32,000 nucleotides of DNA from Zestosphaera tikiterensis (GTDB lineage: Archaea; Thermoproteota; Thermoprotei_A; Sulfolobales; NBVN01), in contig NBVN01000003.1 of assembly GCA_003056265.1 (NCBI GenBank), forward strand, positions 60,001-92,000, written 5' to 3'. Shown one piece after another: positions 1 to 7,923 of this stretch. Below the pieces are notes generated by a model. It made no database searches, was not told the DNA's origin, and saw only the letters and a program-made list of their open reading frames with translations. Each line of letters begins with the position of its first letter. Position 1 is the stretch's first letter. Both the position numbers and the translations under genes were made by a program.

Positions 1-1400
1 TTTTCTCAGATTTCGGTGTTGACGCTGCTTTAGTTAAGTTTGTATCTAAGTTTAGAGCTTTAAACCGCGATGACTTAGTTAAGGCTGTGGTGGTTAAGTC
101 CTTAACCGTTAAGATCCTGTTAAGCGCTTTCTTAACAGTTCTTAACTTTATCTTAGCTAGAGAGCTCTCTAACTACCTCATAGGTAGGCCGGAGCTCGCG
201 GACTACGTTAGGTTGACTTCACCGTTGATTTTAGGTCAGGTTTTGATGAATACTTCCTTAGCTACTTTCATAGCTTTAGGTTTAAGTGTGAGGAGGGCTT
301 CCACGCAAGTAGCTCAAGCAGCGCTTAAACTTGCTTTAAGCCCTACCTTAATCATACTTGGCTTAGGTGTTTTAGGGGCTTTAGTAGGTCATGTCTTAAG
401 CTACTTCGTTGTAGGCATTGCTTCAGCTTTATTCGTTGTTAAGTACGTAGGTTCTATAAAGAAACACTTAAGCAACGATTTAATCGGTGTTAACGAGCTC
501 TTCAGGTATGGATTGCCTCTATTTATATCTGGTTTTATAGGTACTTTACTTAGTAGGTATCAATACGTTTTACTAGCTTTAAACGCGGGCGACGTTGAGA
601 TAGGGAATGTGCAGGCAGCCACTCAATTCGCAACTCTCTTATCACTTACTACAACACCCTTTTCAATAACTTTATTCCCTATGTTCTCAAGCTTAAGCGT
701 TGAAACACACCGTGAGGAGATAAGCAAGTACTTCAACGCGGTCCTCAAGTACATGTCTTTATTTACGATTCCCCTCTCGCTTTTCATGGCTGTTTTCTCA
801 ACGGATGTGGTTAGGCTTATATACGGCCGTACGTATACCTTAGCCCCAGAGTACCTTACCCTAATTTCTTTAGGGTATCTATACGCTCCTCTATCAACGG
901 CTTTAGGCGCTTTAATACCTGGGTTGGGAGCAACTAATTACGTAATGTATTCCTCACTTATTCAGGCGTTGGTGATGACGCCCGCGGCTTACGCTTTAAT
1001 AAGTGGGTTCGGCGCTTCAGGCTATGCCTTAACGTTAGCTTTAGCCGGTATCCCGCCACTTACCTTCATGGTTTACGTAGTTATTAAGAAGGTTGGGTTG
1101 AGGGTTGACTGGCTTTGCTTGGTGAAGGTTTTCACAGTATCTTTAATCTCAACCATTCCTTACTCGGCGTTGCTTATGTTACACGTAAATTACGTAGTGA
1201 GGCTTGCTTTAGAGGTTATCGCGTTCTTAACGACTTACTTAACGTTGGTTCCGTTGATTGGGCTTCTTGAGTTAAGGGATGTGGAGTTGATGAGGAGGTC
1301 TTTAGGTCGTTTACCTCTGTTTGGTGTGGTTGTTAACGTGTTGCTTGACGTTGAGGTTAAGGTGATTTCCTTAAGGGTTAAATCCCGAAAAGAAACTTAA
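1..1400 (+). CDS. Polytopic membrane protein, MOP/Wzx-like polysaccharide flippase family; 5' end lies outside the window
   Basis: The frame of ORF 87..1400 stays open back to nt 3 (FSDFGVDAALVKFVSKFRALNRDDLVKA...), so the gene is cut by the window edge. It has more than 430 aa, many hydrophobic helices and a general resemblance to 'polysaccharide biosynthesis protein' flippases. No catalytic motif was recognised. Confidence 0.5.
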   Translation, partial: FSDFGVDAALVKFVSKFRALNRDDLVKAVVVKSLTVKILLSAFLTVLNFILARELSNYLIGRPELADYVRLTSPLILGQVLMNTSLATFIALGLSVRRASTQVAQAALKLALSPTLIILGLGVLGALVGHVLSYFVVGIASALFVVKYVGSIKKHLSNDLIGVNELFRYGLPLFISGFIGTLLSRYQYVLLALNAGDVEIGNVQAATQFATLLSLTTTPFSITLFPMFSSLSVETHREEISKYFNAVLKYMSLFTIPLSLFMAVFSTDVVRLIYGRTYTLAPEYLTLISLGYLYAPLSTALGALIPGLGATNYVMYSSLIQALVMTPAAYALISGFGASGYALTLALAGIPPLTFMVYVVIKKVGLRVDWLCLVKVFTVSLISTIPYSALLMLHVNYVVRLALEVIAFLTTYLTLVPLIGLLELRDVELMRRSLGRLPLFGVVVNVLLDVEVKVISLRVKSRKET

Positions 1401-1938
1401 GCGTTAGGCTTAACCCAGCTGAAGTAAGTATAGCTACTATAGGGTGTTGATTTAATGCGTAAACTATAAGGAAGGCTATAACGCCTATGGCTAGCGAAAT
1501 TAAGTCTAACACACCGTTTTTAATGAGAACCGTCTGACCTACTTTAAGTAAGGCGATAAATATTAAAGCAACTACTGCGGCGTTAATACCTCTAAATAAA
1601 ACCTTAGCTAACGGCGTGTCTAAATATTTCGAAAGTCCGGCGGCTATGGCTAAGATCACTAAATAAGCAGGTAGTACAACACCTAAGGTAGCCGTTAAGG
1701 AACCTAAAACCCCGCATAGCTTATAGCCTATGTACGTAGCGGAGTTTATAGCTACAGGGCCCGGAGTGCTTTCAGCTATGCCTAAGATCTCAACGAATTC
1801 CTCATCGCTTAACCACTTATTGATTTCGACTAGTTCTTTATGTAGTAAAGCAATACCTCCGTAACCACCGCCGAACATGAACAAACCGATTTTAAAGAAG
1901 ACTATGAAGAGCTCAAGTGGGGAAACCAGCTTTAACAC
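1378..1938 (-). CDS. Chromate ion transporter (CHR) family protein, short single-domain form
   Basis: 186 aa and hydrophobic. The N-terminal FKIGLFMFGGGYGGIALLHKELVE..WLSDEEF..ILGIAESTPGPVAINSATYIGYKL matches the CHR domain pattern. Its 3' end overlaps the convergent flippase gene by 23 nt. Confidence 0.7.
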   Translation of the reverse strand: MLKLVSPLELFIVFFKIGLFMFGGGYGGIALLHKELVEINKWLSDEEFVEILGIAESTPGPVAINSATYIGYKLCGVLGSLTATLGVVLPAYLVILAIAAGLSKYLDTPLAKVLFRGINAAVVALIFIALLKVGQTVLIKNGVLDLISLAIGVIAFLIVYALNQHPIVAILTSAGLSLTLKFLFGI

Positions 1939-2058
1939 CCAAGTAGTATAGTTGGGTGGGTTGTTTAAAACGTTTATATTTATTAGGGTATGCCCAACCT
2001 AATTTTCAATGGATGATGTAAATCTATATAATAGAATTACGTGGGAGGATCACATACG

Positions 2059-2070
2059 TTTATAAGCTTT
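2059..2070 (+). promoter_or_regulatory. TATA-box-like element TTTATAAGCTTT upstream of guaA
   Basis: The box centre is about 30 nt upstream of ATG 2095, which fits a leaderless or very short-leader archaeal mRNA. The same TTATAAG core recurs at other putative promoters in the window. Confidence 0.4.
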
Positions 2071-2094
2071 GATTTAAAATACTTCACGGTGGGT

Positions 2095-3651
2095 ATGACG
2101 TCCCTCGAGGTTTTCGATAAGGTTTTGATCGTTAACTTCGGCGGTCAATACGCTCATTTAATCTCACGTAGGTTAAGAGAGCTTAACGTATTTACTGAAG
2201 TGCTTCCCTACGTTAGACTCGGCAAGGCTGACGTAGTGGGTGAAATCCTACCTAAGTATAAAGCGGTTGTTTTATCCGGTGGTCCAGCAAGCGTTAACGA
2301 ATTAAGCTTCTTTAAAGACGTGGTTATGGAGTTAATCAACTCTGGGAAGCCGTTGCTAGGTATTTGCTTAGGGCATCAGCTAATGGCTTCAGCGTTGGGC
2401 GGTGTTGTAGAGCCTTCACTGCCTGAGTTTGGACGTACTGAAGTCTCCATAGTTAAGGAGGACCCCCTCTTTAACGGGTGGGGGGCTAAGGAAGTCGTGT
2501 GGATGAGTCATAGGGAATGCGTGACTACAGCACCTAAAGATGTTGAAGTTCTTGCCTACTCGTCAAGCGGTTGTTTAGCTGCTTTTAAAGTTTTAGGTAA
2601 GCCAGCTTACGGGGTTCAATTCCATCCCGAGGTTAAACACACCGTTAAGGGTATGACCCTCTTAAGTAATTTCCTTGACTTAGCGGGGGTTCGTAGGACT
2701 TGGATCCCTTCAAACTACTTGAGGTTGGTGGCTGAGGAAGTTGTTAAGGAGGTTGACCCCAACTCTAAAGTTCTCGCGGCCGTTAGCGGCGGGGTTGACT
2801 CAACAGTTTCAGCTGTTCTTCTTAAGAGGTTTTTAGGCGATAGGTTAATTCCCGTGTTTGTGGATCATGGCTTCATGCGTGAGGGTGAGGTAGCTGAGGT
2901 TTTAGAGAGTCTTAGGAAGGTTGGGTTAAACCCTCTCTTCATTGACGCTAGGGATAGGTTCTTAAGCAAGCTTGAAGGGGTTTCAGACTGTGAGGAAAGA
3001 CGTAGAATCATTGGGGAGGAGTTCGCTAAGATATTCTTAGAGCTTAGCTTGAAAGACCCCAGCATAAAATACTTCGTTCAGGGAACTACCTACCCGGACG
3101 TTATAGAGAGTGGGGTTGAGGTCGGTTCACATAGGATTAAAACCCACCATAACGTCGGCGGTCTACCAACGTGGTTCAACCTCAAGGTCGTTGAACCTCT
3201 TAAATACCTGTATAAGGATGAGGTTAGGCGTTTAGGGGCTTTCCTAGGGGTTCCGGAGGAAGTGCTTAGAAGGCATCCGTTCCCAGGCCCTGGCTTAGCT
3301 GTTAGGGTTGTAGGTCCTTTAACTAAGGAAAAGTTAGAGCTCGTTAGAAAAGCTTCGAAAATCGTTGAGGAGGAGTTAAGGCTTGCCGGCCTCTACGATG
3401 AGGTATGGCAGGCCTTCGCCGTGGTTGGGGAGGATAGGTGGGTTGGAGTTAAAGGTGATTCAAGGGATTACGGCTACGTTGTAGTTGTTAGGGTTGTTTC
3501 AAGCGATGATGGGATGACGGCTGATTGGGTCAGGCTGCCTTACGAAGTTTTAGATAGGATATCCAGGAGGGTGACGTCGGAGTTAAGTAACGTAACTATG
3601 GTTACTTACTCCATAACTTCCAAACCCCCCAGCACTATAGAGCCTTGCTGA
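2095..3651 (+). CDS. guaA: GMP synthase (glutamine-hydrolysing), fused GATase + ATP-pyrophosphatase
   Basis: Class-I amidotransferase motifs GICLGHQ and FHPEV, PP-loop SGGVDSTV, and a conserved C-terminus ...SITSKPPSTIEP. The start is taken at ATG 2095 (MTSLEVFDKVLIVNFGGQYAHLI) rather than the track's GTG 2041, which lies on the putative TATA box. Confidence 0.9.
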   Translation: MTSLEVFDKVLIVNFGGQYAHLISRRLRELNVFTEVLPYVRLGKADVVGEILPKYKAVVLSGGPASVNELSFFKDVVMELINSGKPLLGICLGHQLMASALGGVVEPSLPEFGRTEVSIVKEDPLFNGWGAKEVVWMSHRECVTTAPKDVEVLAYSSSGCLAAFKVLGKPAYGVQFHPEVKHTVKGMTLLSNFLDLAGVRRTWIPSNYLRLVAEEVVKEVDPNSKVLAAVSGGVDSTVSAVLLKRFLGDRLIPVFVDHGFMREGEVAEVLESLRKVGLNPLFIDARDRFLSKLEGVSDCEERRRIIGEEFAKIFLELSLKDPSIKYFVQGTTYPDVIESGVEVGSHRIKTHHNVGGLPTWFNLKVVEPLKYLYKDEVRRLGAFLGVPEEVLRRHPFPGPGLAVRVVGPLTKEKLELVRKASKIVEEELRLAGLYDEVWQAFAVVGEDRWVGVKGDSRDYGYVVVVRVVSSDDGMTADWVRLPYEVLDRISRRVTSELSNVTMVTYSITSKPPSTIEPC

Positions 3652-3668
3652 GGCTTAAGGTGGGGTTG

Positions 3669-4277
3669 ATGGAGGTTCTCTACTTAACTTGGGAGGAGGC
3701 TTTAAAGCTTTGCTATAGCTTAGCTGAGAAGGTCATGGAGTCCGGAATGGATTTCGACGCTATAGTGACGATATCCAGAGGTGGTTTAGTACCGGCTAGG
3801 ATAGTTAGCGACGTCTTAGGTGTTGACGAGCTATTCGTAGTTAGGTCTAAGTTTTGGGGTATTGGAGGTAAGGTCTACGCAGAACCGAAGGTGTCTATTC
3901 ATGAGGGGTTATCCGTAAACAGGAAGAAGACCTTAATAGTTGATGAGGTTGTGGATACAGGCGCCACCATGTCTAAAGTCGTTAGGTTGGTTAAGGACTT
4001 CGGGGCCTCAGAGGTTAGGACGGCCGTCCTACACTATAAAAGCACTAGCTCTTTAACTCCCGACTTCTACGTTGAGAAGGTTGAGAATTGGGTTTGGATT
4101 TTCTACCCGTGGTCCTTCAGCGAGACTCTCTACGGCCTTGCTAAAGCTAGAGGGTCTAGTGAAGACTTAATTAAAGAAGCTTTAAAACTACTTAATGAGT
4201 TAAAAGCTTCTAACACGCCGTTAAGCAACGAAGCCCTAATGAAGTCTTTAAACCTATATTTAAAGAAGGTGGGTTAG
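3669..4277 (+). CDS. Purine (hypoxanthine/guanine/xanthine-type) phosphoribosyltransferase
   Basis: PRPP-binding loop LIVDEVVDTGATM and a type-I PRT layout (ISRGGLVPARIVSD...). ATG 3669 is preceded by AAGGTGGGG. It lies 18 nt downstream of the guaA stop. Confidence 0.7.
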   Translation: MEVLYLTWEEALKLCYSLAEKVMESGMDFDAIVTISRGGLVPARIVSDVLGVDELFVVRSKFWGIGGKVYAEPKVSIHEGLSVNRKKTLIVDEVVDTGATMSKVVRLVKDFGASEVRTAVLHYKSTSSLTPDFYVEKVENWVWIFYPWSFSETLYGLAKARGSSEDLIKEALKLLNELKASNTPLSNEALMKSLNLYLKKVG

Positions 4278-4302
4278 TGACGTCCTTTCGCGGATTTAAC
4301 TG

Positions 4303-4307
4303 TTTTT
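4303..4307 (+). terminator. Oligo-T run (T5) downstream of the guaA-PRT pair; a further T6 lies at 4349-4354
   Basis: Archaeal terminators are typically oligo-T tracts. This is the first T5 after the stop at 4277, in an AT-rich 200-nt spacer. Confidence 0.35.
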
Positions 4308-4492
4308 ATTACTTCAGTTATGTTTTGAAGTGTGGAGTTCTTCTTTAGTTTTTTGATTTAATTATGTTAATTCCATTTAAGAAATTAATCCGTTAATCGA
4401 CAGAAAATTTTATATTGCTTTATTTAAATTATTAGGAGGGAACAGTTGGAAACCCTCTTAAAGTTTGGTGGTTTGCGGAGGTGTTTAACTCA

Positions 4493-5506
4493 ATGCTTAC
4501 TGTAGTTGTGGGAGGGTTCTTCGGCGATGAAGGTAAGGGTAAGTTAGTTGCTTACTTAGGCTTAGCTGACGACGTCGTCGCGGCGGTTAGGGTAGGGTCT
4601 GTAAATGCGGGGCATACAGTGGTTTGGAAAGGCGTTACTTATAAGTTAAGGCTTATTCCTTCAGCTTTCGTTAACTCTAAGACTAAGTTAATGATAGCCT
4701 CCGGTGCTTTAGTGCGGAAGGATGTGTTCTTAAGTGAGGTTGAGGCTTTAGGCGTGCGTGACCGTGTCTTTCTCGATAGGCATGCTGGCGTTATAGATGA
4801 AGAGCACGTTATTCGAGAGCGTGAGGATCCTAACTTAAGCGGTAGGATTGGCTCAACGCTTCAGGGTGTTGGTGCGGCTATGGCTGATAGGGTTTTAAGG
4901 AGGCTGAAGCTTGCTGAAGATTACCCTGAATTACGTCCTTACTTAATAGACGTCTCTGAGGTCGTGAATGATTACGTGGATAGAGGTTTTAACGTGTTGG
5001 TTGAAGGCACTCAAGGCACGTTCCTATCCCTATATCACGGTACATACCCTTACGTAACTAGTAGGGATACCACCTCCTCAGCAGTTCTTTCGGAGGTTGG
5101 TTTAGGGCCCAAGAAAGTTGATGAGGTGGTTGTGGTGTTTAAGTCTTTCGTTACTAGGGTTGGGGAAGGGCCTTTAGACGGTGAGTTGCCTGAGGAGGAG
5201 GTTATTAAGAGAGGCTTGATTGAGAGGGGTACCGTCACAGGTAGGGCCCGTAGGGTGGCTCCGTTTAACCTTGAATTAGCTAAGAAGGCGATAGTTTTAA
5301 ATTCAGCTACTCAAGTAGCTATAACTAAACTTGATTGGCTTTTCCCAAACGCTTACGGCGTTAAGGAATGGGGTAAGTTACCTGCTGAGGCCAGGAGGTG
5401 GGTTGATGAGATTGAGGGCGCTTTAGGCGTTCCAATAACGTTGATAGGTACTGGCGAGGAGGTGGAGCACGTAATAGATAGGAGGAGGGAGTTGGGGTAC
5501 CTATGA
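4493..5506 (+). CDS. purA: Adenylosuccinate synthetase (short archaeal form)
   Basis: P-loop GDEGKGK, NAGHTV and TKLD motifs. ATG 4493 lies 9 nt after GGAGGTG (4477-4483). The track's GTG 4481 is part of that SD. Confidence 0.9.
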   Translation: MLTVVVGGFFGDEGKGKLVAYLGLADDVVAAVRVGSVNAGHTVVWKGVTYKLRLIPSAFVNSKTKLMIASGALVRKDVFLSEVEALGVRDRVFLDRHAGVIDEEHVIREREDPNLSGRIGSTLQGVGAAMADRVLRRLKLAEDYPELRPYLIDVSEVVNDYVDRGFNVLVEGTQGTFLSLYHGTYPYVTSRDTTSSAVLSEVGLGPKKVDEVVVVFKSFVTRVGEGPLDGELPEEEVIKRGLIERGTVTGRARRVAPFNLELAKKAIVLNSATQVAITKLDWLFPNAYGVKEWGKLPAEARRWVDEIEGALGVPITLIGTGEEVEHVIDRRRELGYL

Positions 5507-6918
5507 GGGAATTCGACGTAGGTATTGTTGGGGCAGGCCCCGCAGGTCTTTTCGCCGCCGTAGAAATAGTTAAGAATTTAGGGAGTAGGGCTAAAGTAGT
5601 GCTTTTTGATAAGGGCTCATACGTTGAGAGGAGGATATGCCCTCTAACAGTTAAATCAAGCCGTAACGCCTTAAATAAAGTAACTAGGTGTCTTGAGTGT
5701 AGGGTTTGCCATATAATGCATGGAGTGGGCGGCGCTGGAGCTTTAAGTAGCGGTATAATAAACTTAAGGCCTGACGTCGGTGGCGATTTAGATAAGCTGT
5801 TAGGTGATTGGTTAGAGGCTGAGAATTTAATTAAATATGTAAACGACTTATTCACTTTGTTCGGAGCTCCTGAGAATAACCTCTACATCCCCGACGAAAA
5901 GAAGGTTACTGAGTTGGAGAGGCTTGCTGCTAAAGCAGGTGCTAAGTACGTCCCAACCCCTCAGAGGGTTTTAGGAACTGAAGTCGTTGTTAGCGTAACT
6001 AACAACATAACTAAATACTTAGAAGGCATGGGAGTTAAGTTCGCTGTGGAGACTTCCGTTGAGGACGTAAGTAAGGTCGACGGCGGCTTTAAATTAACTA
6101 CAGATAAAGGTGAGTATTTAGTTAAGAGGGTTTTGCTAGCTCCGGGTAGGGGCGGCGCTAAATGGTTTCAAAACGTAGCTATGAAGTTGGGTTTGGTGAT
6201 CGAGCCCGGACCTTTAGACATAGGTGTTAGGGTTGAAGTGCCTTACTACGTTACAGAGCACGTCACTAAAGTTAATCCAGACCCTAAGATAGTTATGTAC
6301 ACTAAATCATATGATGATAAAGTTAGGACTTTCTGCACTAATCCTAACGGGTTCGTAATTCAAGAGAGGTACGATGATGGGACTATAGGGGTTAACGGCG
6401 AGACCTACCGTGAGGTTAAGTCTAAAAACACTAACTTCGCTTTACTAGTTACGTTAAGGCTTACAGACCCGTATCTAGATGTGTTGGAGTTAGGTAAGTC
6501 CATAGCTCGAATGGCTACGAAGGTGGGTATGGGTAAACCCATAATTCAAAGGCTTGGGGATCTAGAGAAAGGTAGGAGGAGTACTTGGGAGAGGATTGAA
6601 AGAAGCGTTATAACGCCTACTTTAAAGAACGTAACGCCGGGTGACGTAGGTATGATACTCCCATATAGAGTCGTTACTAACCTTGTAGAAGCTATGGCTA
6701 GACTTAACGTTATATATCCAGGGCTATACTCACCTCAAACCCTGATATACGCACCAGAGATAAAATATTACGGAGTTAAAGCTAAGGTAGGTAAGAACTT
6801 AGAAACGAATGTTGAAGGTATTTACGTGGCTGGAGACGGTGTTGGATTGTCTAGAGGGATTAACGTCGCAGCAGCTACGGGAGTTCTCGCAGCTAGATCC
6901 ATCATTGAATCTCTATAA
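5503..6918 (+). CDS. FAD-dependent oxidoreductase of unknown substrate (resembles the uncharacterised 'FAD-dependent dehydrogenase' group)
   Basis: N-terminal dinucleotide fold GIVGAGPAGLFAA and C-terminal GIYVAGDGVGLSRGI. The ATG overlaps the purA stop (ATGA at 5503-5506). Confidence 0.6.
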   Translation: MREFDVGIVGAGPAGLFAAVEIVKNLGSRAKVVLFDKGSYVERRICPLTVKSSRNALNKVTRCLECRVCHIMHGVGGAGALSSGIINLRPDVGGDLDKLLGDWLEAENLIKYVNDLFTLFGAPENNLYIPDEKKVTELERLAAKAGAKYVPTPQRVLGTEVVVSVTNNITKYLEGMGVKFAVETSVEDVSKVDGGFKLTTDKGEYLVKRVLLAPGRGGAKWFQNVAMKLGLVIEPGPLDIGVRVEVPYYVTEHVTKVNPDPKIVMYTKSYDDKVRTFCTNPNGFVIQERYDDGTIGVNGETYREVKSKNTNFALLVTLRLTDPYLDVLELGKSIARMATKVGMGKPIIQRLGDLEKGRRSTWERIERSVITPTLKNVTPGDVGMILPYRVVTNLVEAMARLNVIYPGLYSPQTLIYAPEIKYYGVKAKVGKNLETNVEGIYVAGDGVGLSRGINVAAATGVLAARSIIESL

Positions 6919-6978
6919 ACATGTTTTATAAAGTGTTTTTAACTGAGCTAACATCATATAACTCTTGGGTGTATTATA

Positions 6979-7590
6979 TTGAGTTCACTTGTTAGGAGGA
7001 CCGGCCCCGGCACGAAACTCAAGGGTAAGAAGGTTTTAATGATTGTAGCTAACGAATTTGAAGATATTGAGCTTTTATATCCCTTCGTTCGCTTAAGCGA
7101 GGAAGGAGCTGAAGTGATTATAGTTCCTGTGAAGGCAGGCCATCACCCAAGACCTTCAGACCCAAGTAAACCGGTAACCGGCAGATTCGGTATACCGGTG
7201 CCCTTCCTAGTCTTTAGAGAAGGTGAGAGACACATACTTAAAGAGCTTAAAGACGTAAGCGTTGATGAAGTTGATGCCGTGGTAATACCTGGCGGGTTCT
7301 CACCAGACTACTTGAGGAGAATACCAGAAGTTTTAAGCTTTGTTAGGGAGGCCTACCAGAAAGGTAAGGTAATCGCGGCTATATGTCACGGGCCATGGGT
7401 TTTAATATCCGCCGGCATAGTTAAAGGGAAGAGGATAACAGGGGTTTCAGCAATTAAAGACGATATAGTGAATGCCGGCGCCATCTATGAAGACGTGCCG
7501 GCAGTTAGAGATGACAATATAATAACAGCCAGAGTTCCTGACGACCTACCCGAATTTTGTCAACTAATAATTGAAGCCCTATCTACTTAG
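6979..7590 (+). CDS. DJ-1/PfpI family protein (intracellular protease/amidase-like)
   Basis: KKVLMIVANEFEDIELLYP..., nucleophile elbow AAICHGPWVL and VIPGG. The start is uncertain: TTG 6979 gives a 17-aa N-terminal extension relative to the typical PfpI start. Confidence 0.75.
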   Translation: MSSLVRRTGPGTKLKGKKVLMIVANEFEDIELLYPFVRLSEEGAEVIIVPVKAGHHPRPSDPSKPVTGRFGIPVPFLVFREGERHILKELKDVSVDEVDAVVIPGGFSPDYLRRIPEVLSFVREAYQKGKVIAAICHGPWVLISAGIVKGKRITGVSAIKDDIVNAGAIYEDVPAVRDDNIITARVPDDLPEFCQLIIEALST

Positions 7591-7778
7591 TAATTCCCCT
7601 TCATTTTTACTATTTAAGTTTTTTACGAACACCCTACCCATATTAGCGAGGAGTTCAAGTGAGTTCAAACTTAAGAAGCAAGTAAGTCGGGTTTTAAGAG
7701 GTGTTACTGGAGTGTTGATGTATTGGGAAGGGACGAAGAACAACCTTATATTACTCGACAATTAAAACATTATTGGAT

Positions 7779-7854
<76 letters not shown>

Positions 7855-7923
7855 AAATTAAATTAACTTACTTAATCACGAGTTTTTAGAGGGTTTTATT
7901 CTTAAGTAGGACGCTATTTTATT

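Noticed and set aside
5361-5855. 164-aa minus-strand ORF overlapping the purA/FAD-protein junction.
   Set aside because: It is a shadow ORF antisense to two well-supported genes, with low-complexity S/P/L-rich translation.
7571-7765. Mutually overlapping 64-aa (+) and 60-aa (-) ORFs between the PfpI-like gene and tRNA-Ala.
   Set aside because: They occupy the same DNA on opposite strands, lack SD or TATA context and have no recognisable motifs. This is most likely non-coding spacer and tRNA promoter DNA.
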